Below, one piece after another: positions 13,001 through 23,725 of a DNA stretch of 32,626 bases (position 1 is its first letter; each line of letters starts with the position of its first letter). The translations under genes and the position numbers were made by a program. The notes under the pieces are model-generated. The model made no database searches and was not told the DNA's origin. It saw only the letters and a program-made list of their open reading frames with translations. Where the stretch lies: the NCBI GenBank assembly GCA_002269645.1, contig NIVC01004588.1, positions 1 through 32,626 on the forward strand. Reading direction: 5' to 3'. The stretch is from Macrostomum lignano (taxonomy: Eukaryota).

Positions 13001-15462
13001 AAGGCAAATCGGGGTCTTGGATGTCTATGGCCAACAGGGGTGTCTTGGATGTCTATGGCTAACAGGTGTGTCTTGGATGTCTATGGCAAATAGGGGTCTT
13101 GGATGTCTATGGCTAATAGGGGTGTCTTGGATGTCTATGGCTAATAGGGGTCTCGGATGTCTATGGCAAATCGGGGTGTCTTGGATGTCTATGGCTAATA
13201 GGGGTCTCGGATGTCTATGGCAAATCGGGGTCTTGGATGTCTATAGCTAGTGGGGGTCTTAGGTGTCTATGGCTAACAGGGGTCTTAGGTGTCTATTGCT
13301 AATGGTTCAGACATCTATGATGATATACCCCCATTCGCACACAGAACCAGACGGTGAACGAGGAGGACGAACAGCCGGGCTCTGGTGGCAGGAAAAGCGC
13401 GGACGCAATCAACGAACAAGTTGTCGATGGCGCGGAGACCGCCGTCGACCAGACGACCAGCGACACCGGCGCTCTGCCATCTGACCTACTGGCTAAAGCG
13501 CGCTCAACTTCGCGCTCAATGCGTGCCGAAGCGCTATCGGAGTTAACCAATCTAGTTGGCAATTTCGGCTCCGATAGCAACAATAATGCAACGCCTGGAG
13601 AATTCTACCAGGCCGTGTTGGCTGTCTGTCAGCGAGGCTTCGAAGACGCGGCGGTGACGGTGCACGAGGCAGCCCTGCCGCTTGGCCGGGCTCTGCTAGT
13701 TGGATTTGTTGATCGGCACAATCTGCCCGGATCCGATCTGCACTACGGCTGCTGTCGGCTGGTGCCGCCGCTGTTGGTTAAGCTGGGCGACACGGCGGCT
13801 AGAATTCGCGACTCGTCTAGGGAGTTCCTGCTCGAGATGGCCGGCTGGCCCAAGGTAGGGGGGTCCTGAGTCTGTTGTCTGGGTCCTGAGTCTGTTGTCT
13901 GGGTTGTGAGTCTGTTGTCTGGGTCCTGAGTCTGTTATCTGGGTCCTGAGTCTGTTGTCTGGGTTGTGAGTCTGTTGTCTGGGTCCTGAGTCTGTTATCT
14001 GGGTCCTGAGTCTGTTGTCTGGGTCGTCAGTCTGTTATCTGGGTCCTGAGTCTGTTGTCTGGGTTGTGAGTCTGTTGTCTGGTTGTGAGTCTGTTATCTG
14101 GGTCCTGAGTCTGTTGTCTGGGTCGTCAGTCTGTTATCTGGGTCCTGAGTCTGTTATCTGGGTCCTGAGTCTGTTGTCTGGGTCGTCAGTCTGTTGTCTG
14201 GGTTGTGAGTCTTTTGTCTGGGTTGTGAGTCTGTTATCTGGGTCCTGAGTCTGTTGTCTGGGTCGTCAGTCTGTTATCTGGGTCCTGAGTCTGTTGTCTG
14301 GGTCCTGAGTCTGTTGTCTGGGTCCTGAGTCTGTTGTCTGGGTCCTAAGTCTGTTGTCTGGGTCCTGAGTCTGTTGTCTGGGTCCTGAGTCTGTTATCTG
14401 GGTCATGAGTCTGTTGTCTGGGTCCTGAGTCTGTTGTCTGGGTCCTGAGTCTGTTGTCTGGGTCCTGAGTCTGTTGTCTGGGTCCTGAGTCTGTTATCTG
14501 GGTCCTGAGTCTGTTGTCTGGGTCCTGAGTCTACTGTCTGAGTCATGAGTCACTGTCTGAGTCATGAGTCACTGTGTGAGTCATGAGTCACTGTGTGAGT
14601 CATGAGTCACTGTCTGAGTCATGAGTCTACTGTCTGAGTCATGAGTCACTGTCTGAGTCATGAGTCACTGTCTGAGTCATGAGTCTACTGTCTGAGTCAT
14701 GAGATCATGAGTCACTGCCCAAGTCATGAATCTACTGTCTGAGTCATGAGTCACTGTCTGAGTCATGAGTCACTGTCTGAGTCATGAGTCTACTGTCTGA
14801 GTCATGAGATCATGAGTCACTGCCCAAGTCATGAATCTACTGTCTGAGTCATGAGTCACTGTCTGAGTCATGAGTCTACTGTCTGAGTCATGAGTTCATG
14901 AGTCATTGCCCAAGTCATGAATCTACTGTCTGAGTCATGAGTCACTGTCTTGAGTCATAAATCTACTGTATCACAGTTAATAGGTGTCATGATGTGCTGC
15001 ATTCCAATTTATTTCGGTCTTATATTTTTTACTAATCAGGTCCGTCAGATGCCCGACGCCCCGGTTGTACATCTCTGCCTTCGTCCTATGCGCCGAGGCG
15101 CCGCCACTCTGGAGCGCCAGGCTGTTGCGCGCGTGCAGCTGGCCAGCGCGCTTTACAAACAGCTCGGCCTGTCCGCCAAGTCCTCGTCGAAGGCGGCTAA
15201 AAGCGGTGGTGGCAGCGGCGGCGGAGGCGGTGGCGAAGTCAGCCTGGGCGCTCTGCTGACTTTCGGGTTCAGCGCGCTGAGCCAACGGCACGCGGAGACC
15301 CGCCGGGCGGCCGAGGCGCTGCTGCTGGAGGTGGCCAGCCGGCCGGACTGTCGGGACCGGGTGAAACGGCGGCTGGCCAAAGCCACTAGCGAAGCGGCTG
15401 ACGCCAGCGGCGGAGGCGGCGACCTTCCGGCGTTTAAATCTTTGGCTGCGAAGCTGAACTGA
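10089..15462 (+). CDS. CEP104: Centrosomal protein 104 (jelly-roll, coiled coil, TOG), ~658 aa; exons 10089-10307, 11122-11562, 12308-12691, 13345-13854, 15040-15462
   Basis: GWLSAKFCLYPQELVLGLEEPLKVRKIQLVSHPHCIASK|VEFYIG...RLGHVALLSN..KRELKSIHLEANGSFVKL..NPYNQVGIIA matches the CEP104 N-terminus (GWRSPRFCQFPQEIVL..RKLQLLAH..SKIEFY..RELKSV..YNQVALVA). DLGFD..QLIRELD and DDTPLP are also conserved. All four introns are GT..AG in phase 0 with an open frame throughout. Confidence 0.93.
10455..11058. repeat. 20-bp minisatellite (ccaaatttggaatacaagcg/ca) in CEP104 intron 1
   Basis: About 30 copies; the unit contains the palindrome CCAAATTTGG. Confidence 0.95.
11610..12265. repeat. 21-bp minisatellite (aatattagaaatctacctgcc) in CEP104 intron 2
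   Basis: About 30 copies seen directly. Confidence 0.95.
12698..13300. repeat. 26/28-bp minisatellite (ggatgtctatggctaataggggtctc) in CEP104 intron 3
   Basis: About 22 copies, starting ~7 nt after the donor at 12692. Confidence 0.95.
13861..14530. repeat. 20-bp minisatellite (gggtcctgagtctgttgtct) in CEP104 intron 4
   Basis: About 33 copies, starting 6 nt after the donor at 13855. Confidence 0.95.
14535..14960. repeat. ~19-21-bp minisatellite (ctgagtcatgagtcactgt) with higher-order variants, CEP104 intron 4
   Basis: Directly abuts the previous array and shares its TGAGTC core. Confidence 0.92.
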
Positions 15463-15546
15463 GCAGGCTGACCTGCAGTTTTTCGAGTTTGACCTCTGCG
15501 TATTGGGATAAGATATGAGAAAGTACGATTTTCAGTGAGTTGCATC

Positions 15547-15552
15547 AATAAA
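15547..15552 (+). terminator. Candidate polyadenylation signal AATAAA for CEP104
   Basis: 85 nt downstream of the TGA at 15460-15462. Confidence 0.45.
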
Positions 15553-15589
15553 AATTACGTGGGTCAAGAGGATAAGGATTGGGTCAGTG

Positions 15590-16490
15590 GGATCAATTTT
15601 AGGCCAAGTTTGGTTTGAGTCAAAGGGATTAGGTTTTGGGTCAAGGGGATTAGGTTTTGGGTCAAGGGGATTAGTTTGAGTCAAGAGATTAAGTTTGGGG
15701 TCAAGAAATTAGGTTTTGGGTCAAGGGGATTAGGTTTTGGGTCAAGGGGATTAGTTTGAGTCAAGAGATTAAGTTTGGGGTCAAGAAATTAGGTTTTGGG
15801 TCAAGGGGATTAGGTTTTGGGTCAAGGGGATTAGGTTTTGGGTCAAGGGGATTAGGTTTTGGGTCAAGGGGATTAGTTTGAGTCAAGGCGATTAAGTTTG
15901 TGGTCAAGAAATTTGGTTTGGGTCAAGGGGATTAGGTTTGGGTCAAGGGGATTAGGTTTGGGTCAAGGGGATTAGGTTTGAGTCAAGGGGATTAAGTTTG
16001 GGGTCAAGAAATTTGGTTTGGGTCAGGGGGGTTAGGTTTGGGTCAAGGGATTAGGTTTGGATCAATAGGATTAGGTTTGGGTCAATAGGATTAGGTTTGG
16101 GTCAAGGGATTAGGTTTGGGTCAAGGGGATTAGGTTTGGGTCAATTGGATTAGGTTTGGGTCAATTGGAATAGGTTTGGGTCAATGGATTAGGTTTGGGT
16201 CAAGGGGATTAGTTTTGAGTCAAGGGGATTAGGTTTGGGTCAATTGGGATTAGGTTTGGGGGTCAAGGGGATTAGGTTTGGGTCAATTGGGATTAGGTTT
16301 GGGGGTCAAGGGGATTAGTTTTGGGTCGAGGGGATTAGTTTTGGGTCATGGGGATTAGGTTTGGGTCAATTGGGATTAGGTTTGGGTCAAGGGGATTAGT
16401 TTTGGGTCAAGGGGATTAGTTTTGGGTCAAGGGGATTAGGTTTGGGTCAAAAGAATAGGTTTGGGTCAAGGGCATTAGTTTTGGGTCATT
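15590..16490. repeat. G-rich ~20-21-bp minisatellite (gggtcaaggggattaggttt) between CEP104 and COQ4
   Basis: About 43 variable copies. Confidence 0.93.
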
Positions 16491-17184
16491 AAAAATTTTT
16501 GTGGGTCCGAGGTTTGTGAGTAATAAAAAGCTTTTGATAAGAGGGTTATGTTTTGGTCAAGCAGATGTTTAGCTGCATGGTTTCCAACGAAATCGTATTT
16601 GTATTTATGATTATTAATCTGGCATATTATCGACATACAAGCGATACTTATGCACTGTTTTTAATGCGCAGCTGTTTATAGTGGTTATACTTGTATCATT
16701 AATCCGTCCAATAAATTATATTTATTCATTTTAATTGTCAGTTGAAGTCTTTACACTCTCAGATCATATTTTCTTAATATTTCACATATGTTTAATTTTG
16801 AAAGTCATTGTTTCCTTTATTTGAATTATTTTTGTTATAATTTGCATGTAAAAGTGGAAGTCTACTTGTAAGTAGTACGCTAAGCCTCAGTAGTATGAAT
16901 TCCGTCCTTTTTGTTTAACTGTGCCTTGCCTATGCTTACAGACTTTTATTATACAAGCTGATGGATTTTATTTCTCACTTATTATATTTGCGCGTAATGC
17001 ACTTATTCACTTTGCCTGTAATCGTCATTTTACCTGAACTAATTTTTTTATTAAAGTTAATTGTACATATACTTGTGCCATTGTTGGTAAATATATCTAT
17101 GCTGAAAAGTGTTATGCTTTTATTACCTTAATTTTTGTTTATTCAGTATTAAATTCATTTAAGCATGCTCAGTTTGATTCTCAC

Positions 17185-17500
17185 GTATACCTCATGATTC
17201 TCATGTCTACCTCATGATTCTCATGTCTACTTCATGATTCTCATATCTACCTCATGATTCTCATATCTACCTCATGATTCTCATTTCTAAATAATGATTC
17301 TCATATCTACCTCATGATTCTCATTTCTAAATAATGATTCTCATATCTACCTCATAATTCTTATATCTACCTCATGATTCTCATGTCTACCTCATGATTC
17401 TTGTATCTACCTCATGATTCTCATGTCTACCTCATGATTCTCATATCTACCTCATGATTCTCATGTCTACCTCATGATTCTTGTATCTACCTCATGATTC
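17185..17500. repeat. 20-bp minisatellite (ctcatgattctcatgtctac) upstream of COQ4
   Basis: About 15 copies. Confidence 0.93.
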
Positions 17501-17694
17501 GTGACCCATGACCCATGATTCGTGACCAATCGTGACCCATCTGTAGTTCAATAAAAATTTTACATTCCTAATAAAGATTCATCTCTAGTCGATGACTCAA
17601 TTCCTAACCGATAGTATTATGACCTTTTTAGTAATGACAGACAGTTGATTGACTCATTACTAAATGATGACTCAATAACACAATATTTGTCCAG

Positions 17695-19945
17695 CTTCTC
17701 TCCCGGAGACTATTCGCTCAATCTGGGCGGTTGCTCAGCTTGGCAGCCTCTCAACGACGCCCAATGACGTCATCCAATGCGTCATCGCAGGAACCCGGCG
17801 ACACCCTCGCCATTGACGACGACTTCGACCCGGACCTGCTGCCATTGGGCGACATTCGCCGCTACCCGAACCATCGGCCTCTGGACTGCGGCCAGCGCGT
17901 TTTCCTCGCCGTTGGCTCCGGCGTCGCCTGCCTTGCGGCGCCCTGGCGCGACGACATGATCTCGGCGTTCGGCGAGACCACGGGCGAGTGGGCGCTTCGA
18001 CTACTTCGCGACGACATGCTGGCAAATGAAGAGGGGCGTCGAATTCTGGCGGAGAGGCCGCGCATTCGAACTGTCGAAGGTTTGTGTTTCTTAGAATGGC
18101 ATAAATGTGGCTTTCTCAGGACGCATTTTAAGTTGACATAGAAATATCAGGGGCGTAGCCGCATCACGGGGCGCCAGCACCAGGGGCGCCAGCACCAGGG
18201 GCGCCAGCACCAGGGGCGCCAGCACCAGGGGCGCCAGCACCAGGGGCGCCAGCACCAGGGGCGCCAGCACCAGGGGTGCCAGCACCAGGGGCGCCAGCAC
18301 CAGGGGCGCCAGCACCAGGGGCGCCAGCACCAGGGGCGCCAGCACCAGGGGCGCCAGCACCAGGGGCGCCAGCACCAGGGGCGCCAGCACCAGGGGCGCC
18401 AGCACCAGGGCGCCAGCACCAGGGGTGCCAGCAGCAGGGGCGCCAGCACTCTCATTGCGATTCCGGGTTCGATTCCAGGCCACATTCGTGCCATTCACAT
18501 CCGTGAGGGCCAACCCACAAGGTACAAAGAGTATACATGTAAATGCCCAGGGCAGAATTTTCTCAGCGTTGGCTGTAAGATGATTTCGCCCAAGACGTGT
18601 GTGTCACCTGGGTGCTCTAGGTAGATATCAACCTGTTTTTTTCGCTTTCTTTGGTCTTTCTTCTGGAAAGCGAAAAAGTTTTAAGGTGGTTTTGTTTACA
18701 TGTAAGACCAAAAATACTTTTTAAAAGTTTGCGCAAGTTAGCAAAAATCGCTCTTATAAATCTCCCTCATTAATTGCCCTCAAGAATCGGCCCTCAAGAA
18801 TCGCCCCTCAAGAATCACTCTCAAGAATCGTCCCTTAAGAATCACCCCTCAAGACTCAAGAATAGCCACTCAAGAATCGCCCTCAAGAATTGCCCCTAAG
18901 AATAGCCTTTAAGAATCGCCCTTAAGAACTGCCCTTAAGAATCGCTCTAAAGAATCGCCCTCAAGAATCGCCCATTAAGAATCGCCCCTTAAGATCGCCC
19001 TTTAAGAATCGCCCTCAAGAACTGCTCTTAAGAATCGCCTTTAAGAATCGCTCTCAAGAATCGCTCTCAAGAATCGCCCTCAAGAATCGCCCTTTAAGAA
19101 TCGCCCCTTCAGAATCGCTCTTTAAGAATCGCCCTCAAGAATCGCCCTTTAAGAATCGCCCCTTAAGAATCGCTCTTTAAGAATCGCCCTTCAGTATTCG
19201 CCACTTAAGAATCGCGCTCAAGAATCGCCTTTAGGAATCGCCCTCAACAATCGCCCCTCAAGAATCGCTCTTGTGTCTCCCCCTCGCAGGCGGCGGCAGC
19301 ATCGACCTGGAGGCCCTGCGCCGCCTGCCCGAAGGCAGCCTCGGCAGAGCCTACGCCGACTTCCTCGACCGCTACGGCTACAGTCCCGACCATCGCCGAA
19401 CCGTGTGCTTCGTTGACGATCCCGAACTGGCCTACGTGATGCAGCGGTACAGAGAGATTCACGACCTTAATCACGTACTGCTGGGACAGGTGAGAAATGA
19501 TTAATATTTCATTTACGTTGCTAGGGTAAAGTGTGCAGTAAATTTAAGCAGCCCGAAAAGGGCCGTTTTATAATTACACAGTGAATTCTAGGAAATGAGT
19601 TCTATTGACACCATGACAATAATCACTTCTTTCCTATTTTACCTGTGTTACCTGCAACGACTCTTGCAGGGCACAGACTTCCTCGGAGAAGTTGTCGTCA
19701 AATGGTTTGAAGCATTTCAAACTGGCTTGCCGATGTGCGTTACTGGGGCGTTTCTAGGCAGCTTGCGGCTTCGCCCGAAGCAGACACGACGCTACCTGCA
19801 GGAGGGCGGTTACCTGGCCTACGCGTTGCGCACTGGCTCGGATGCGGATCTGACCATAAATTATTACTTTGAAAGGAATTGGCACCAACCATTGGCAGAG
19901 GTGCGGCAACAGCTGCGAATTGAGGAGCCGCCTAATTTGAAGTGA
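17695..19945 (+). CDS. COQ4: Ubiquinone biosynthesis protein COQ4; exons 17695-18079, 19290-19489, 19670-19945 (286 codons, initiator ATG not seen)
   Basis: PWRDDMISAFGETTG..RILAERPRI, DLEALRRLPEGSLGRAY, FVDDPELAYVMQRYREIHDLNHVLLG, GEVVVKWFEAFQTGLPMC and NYYFERNWHQPL are COQ4 hallmarks, including the HDxxH..E metal motif. Introns are GT..AG in phases 1 and 0 and join in frame. Confidence 0.96.
18168..18450. repeat. 15-bp GC-rich minisatellite (gcgccagcaccaggg) in COQ4 intron 1
   Basis: About 18 near-perfect copies. Confidence 0.95.
18775..19272. repeat. 13-14-bp minisatellite (aagaatcgccctc) in COQ4 intron 1
   Basis: About 35 variable copies running up to the acceptor pyrimidine tract. Confidence 0.93.
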
Positions 19946-20049
19946 CTTGTACGAATATTTTCATCATTTATGTGAGAAATTAATTGCTAAAATCATATTA
20001 GATATTAGAATGTACTATTCTTTCACCCCAATGGACCCTCTGTCCGATT

Positions 20050-20230
20050 CAAAACCCCTTCCCCAATGTACACACCCGCTCCAGTTCAAAACCCCTTCCC
20101 CAATGTACACCCGCTCCAGTTCAAAACCCCTTCCCCAATGTACACCCGCTCCAGTTCAAAACCCCTTCCCCAATGTACACCCGCTCCAGTTCAAAACCCC
20201 TTCCCCAATGTACACTCTCTCCAGTTCAAA
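20050..20230. repeat. 35-bp minisatellite (ccagttcaaaaccccttccccaatgtacacccgct)
   Basis: About 5 copies downstream of the COQ4 stop. Confidence 0.93.
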
Positions 20231-20786
20231 CGTATGCGTCTACATTTCTCTCTATAAAGCTAATATTCAAACAAATGCATTAAACGAATTGTTATTTATA
20301 TTGAAATACACAGTGCATGCTAACTGCCGATTGACCTAAAACTGAGTTCTTGCTGGGCTGCTTAACTGGCTCAAAATACGAGTAAACGATGAGTTTAGTA
20401 ATTGCTGCTCTTAATTCATTTTTATTATTGATATTTAGCTCTAAGTCCCTAAATTGACTGACCTCTATATTTATTGCTAAAGATGTTCGTACAGTGTTGA
20501 AAAAAACTGTATTGTTCTGAAACTCAGAGACTAGCACACTAACGAACAGTCGTAACACAGGCAAAAAGAAGCCTTTATTGAACTATTGAAAAGTGCAAAG
20601 GTGAGCGCAGGTACAAGAGAAGCACTGTTTCAAGGAACATACGAGTATTTCGTCAGGTCTATTTTTAATTAGCTTTACATCTGCTATTGTGTCTATATCT
20701 GCCCACAACCGCTATGCAAATGCATAAGATTTAGTGCTGTCTTTGGCTAGCATAGCATTATTTTTTTATTCTACCTGCTTCTGTTA

Positions 20787-20810
20787 ATGGCGAACGATTC
20801 CTATGAACAG
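20787..20810 (+). CDS. Start micro-exon A (MANDSYEQ) of the ankyrin-caspase locus
   Basis: ATG GCG AAC GAT TCC TAT GAA CAG|GTAAGG: consensus phase-0 donor; paralog of micro-exon B. Confidence 0.65.
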
Positions 20811-20974
20811 GTAAGGGTGACTGGGACGCATACACCCATGAACTTAGAAATGTATAATTATGTATCATTAAGCGTCTTAATGCGTCTCACAATTAGAATG
20901 TGTGCTGCAAAAGTTTCCTGAATATCGCTTGCCCTGAGTAGCTACTGGGATAACTTGCTATTGGGAGATGCTTG

Positions 20975-21650
20975 CTCTTGGGGGATGGAGGGTACTTGCT
21001 ATCTGGGGGATGCTTGCTATCTGAGGTCTGGGGGATGCTTGCTATCTGGGGGATGCTTGCTATCTGGGGTCTGGGGGATGCTTGCTATCTGGGGTCTGGG
21101 GGATGCTTGCTATCTGGGGGATGCTTGCTATCTGGGGTCTGGGGGATGCTTGCTATCTGGGGGATGCTTGCTATCTGGGGTCTGGGGGATGCTTGCTATC
21201 TGGGGGATGCTTGCTATCTGGGGTCTGGGGGATGCTTGCTATCTGGGGATGCTTGCTATCTGGGGTCTGGGGGATGCTTGCTATCTGGGGGATGCTTGCT
21301 ATCTGGGGTCTGGGGGATGCTTGCTATCTGGGGGATGCTTGCTATCTGGGGTCTGGGGGATGCTTGCTATCTGGGGGATGCTTGCTATCTGGGGTCTGGG
21401 GGATGCTTGCTATCTGGGGGATGCTTGCTATCTGGGGGATGCTTGCTATCTGGGGTCTGGGGGATGCTTGCTATCTGGGGTCTGGGGGATGCTTGCTATC
21501 TGGGGGATGCTTGCTATCTGGGGGATGCTTGCTATCTGGGGGATGCTTGCTATCTGGGGGATGCTTGCTATCTGGGGGATACTTGCAGTCTGGGGGATGC
21601 TTGCTGTCTGGGGGATACTTGCAGTCTGGGGGATGCTTGCTATTTTGGGA
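20975..21650. repeat. 18/25-bp G-rich minisatellite (gggggatgcttgctatct +/- ggggtct)
   Basis: Over 30 copies between the two duplicated first-exon blocks. Confidence 0.95.
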
Positions 21651-22175
21651 TCGATGCTTGAATGCTGTCAGGGGATGCTTGCTGTCTTGGGATGTTTTTT
21701 TTATAGGGAATGTCTGTTGTTTTTTTATGAAAGCTTTATTTCGCTGTCTATTTGTTTATTTGTAAAGAACAAGGATTCTATCCAGATGTCCCCCATTGGG
21801 GGGGGGGCGAAGATTGCTACTTTAATACTAAAAATGTCTGTACAGTGTTAAAAAACACAGTGTTGTTCTGAAACTCAGACTAGCACAATAACGAACAGTC
21901 ATAACACAGAGGCCAAAAGAAATTTTATACCCAAGTAGTTCGTTTTGAGTAGAGTGCCTTGAAAAGAGCACTGTTGATCTAAGAGCAAATATTAGTACAC
22001 TGTTTTAACGAACACTAGGGTGAATTGTCTCGTCATATCTATTTTTAATTAGCTGTGTGACTTCTGCTATCGTGTCTATATATCTACCCACAACACTCAG
22101 CACATGCCAAAACTTTAGTGTCGTCTGAGGCCCAACATAAAATAATTATTTTAATTATTTCACCTGCTGCTATTA

Positions 22176-22199
22176 ATGGCTAACGAGTCCTATCAACAG
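22176..22199 (+). CDS. Start micro-exon B (MANESYQQ) of the ankyrin-caspase locus
   Basis: ATG GCT AAC GAG TCC TAT CAA CAG|GTAAGG; joins acceptor aaatttcag|GTT (22529) in phase 0. Confidence 0.75.
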
Positions 22200-22528
22200 G
22201 TAAGGGTGCGCAAATGCTTTTAAATGTATAATTATGCATCTTGCATCTAAGGTACATTTCAAAATTAGACTGTCCTAATGATACATGTACAGTTTGCGTC
22301 TTTTGAACCATTTCAAAATTGCTCCCATATCCGTGTCTAAATGCACCTATAAATATCCGTGTATTTTAAGCCAGCGCTTTCTAAATTCGTATTTAAATTT
22401 ACACTATCGGAGTTCAGTTTATCACCAACCAGCCTTCGAATTATCAGAAGCTAGAGTGCGCCAGTATGCTCCTGCACTGACAAATAGCATGCACTACATA
22501 GGTTTGTGTACTTTTGCACAAATTTCAG

Positions 22529-23030
22529 GTTATACACCTCATTTTCGACGGAAATATCGATCGTTTACTCGAAATAAAAAATCTACGCGAAATTCTGAAA
22601 GATAGAGACAGCAAAGGATGCACTGTGCTCATAGCCGTTGCAAAAGTTTCCTGTCCTCACAAGCGATACTCGAGGTGCATTGAGCACATCCTAAAACTGG
22701 GGGCAGACCCAGCCGCCGTAGACTGCAACGGCGACACGGCGGCTCACGTGGCGGCAAGGTGCGGCAACTTGCGGATTCTCGCTCTGCTACCGTTTGAGGC
22801 CAAATTTCTGACAAACGGAGAGAACTGCACCCCATGATGGAGGCTGTGCGGAATTGCCGATTCAGATGTGCCAAGCACCTGCTGCACTTGTTCAGGCAGA
22901 AGCGATATTTCCACAGAAAGAAGGAACTGTTGAATATCAGGAATAAGAAAGGAAAGACTGCGTTGGCCCTGGCCAAAGACAGCCATCATAACGGAAACAT
23001 TGTACAGGAAATGGTCGAAATTATAAGCAA
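22529..23030 (+). CDS. Ankyrin-repeat exon 1 (~4 repeats); one-base frame break at the C-run 22830-22833; phase-2 donor
   Basis: DSKGCTVLIAVAK, LGADPAAVDCNGDTAAHVAARCGNLRILALL, NGENCTP/MMEAVRN, NKKGKTALALAK. One extra C gives ACC CCC ATG and fuses ORFs 22514 and 22834. Donor AGC AA|GTAAGC at 23030/23031. Confidence 0.8.
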
Positions 23031-23725
23031 GTAAGCAAAAAACAGCAAATCAAGAACAATGGGAGGAGTAAGAGTTTTGCCTGCAAATCTTTTCACCAGC
23101 AGCGCATTTTGCCCCAGATGTAGCTCACAAACGCATAGCTCACAGATGTATGTACAAATGAAAACCTACAAGAATATGCATTTGATATGCAGTTACCAAT
23201 GGGGGCAGATATCGAAAACAATGCACATTGTGTTGTACAGAGTACGCATTGGTTTACTGAGTACATTATAGAACACGCTGATCGCAACGGCAAAATGCAA
23301 ACAAAGTGAATAAAGTTAGGCAAGCAAGCTCCACACAGTTACCCAGCTCACAAACGAACGAACCGTCACTTCAAGAGGTAAAATGGGAACGATGCTCCGC
23401 AAAAGGGGCGAGTGTCAGAGCAAGATGAAATGGAGCCGGGCCGGGTGGGTGCAAGGCTAATCACGCGGATAGGGCGTGCCAACCTTACATACCAGGCATT
23501 TGAGTGCAGAAATATTCAACAACATACTCAATTGACTAAACTTCCATTCTATTGATTCACCGCAGCGAAGCAAGATTGTCGCTATCAGGTGATGGAAGGC
23601 TCCACGGTCTTGCGAATAAAGTAAGTTTAAGTTAATTAAAAAACCTATGTAGTGATTTTTTAAATTTGCCACACGGAACTACAGAAAACTGATGAAGCCT
23701 CTTATTGACAAACTTGCACCAACAG

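Noticed and set aside
18091-18513. APLVL, WCWRP and PAPGA repeat ORFs
   Set aside because: 15-bp array in COQ4 intron 1.
20955-21851. Gly/Cys-rich ORFs of 227-298 aa
   Set aside because: All three frames are open over a G-rich array with no stop codons.
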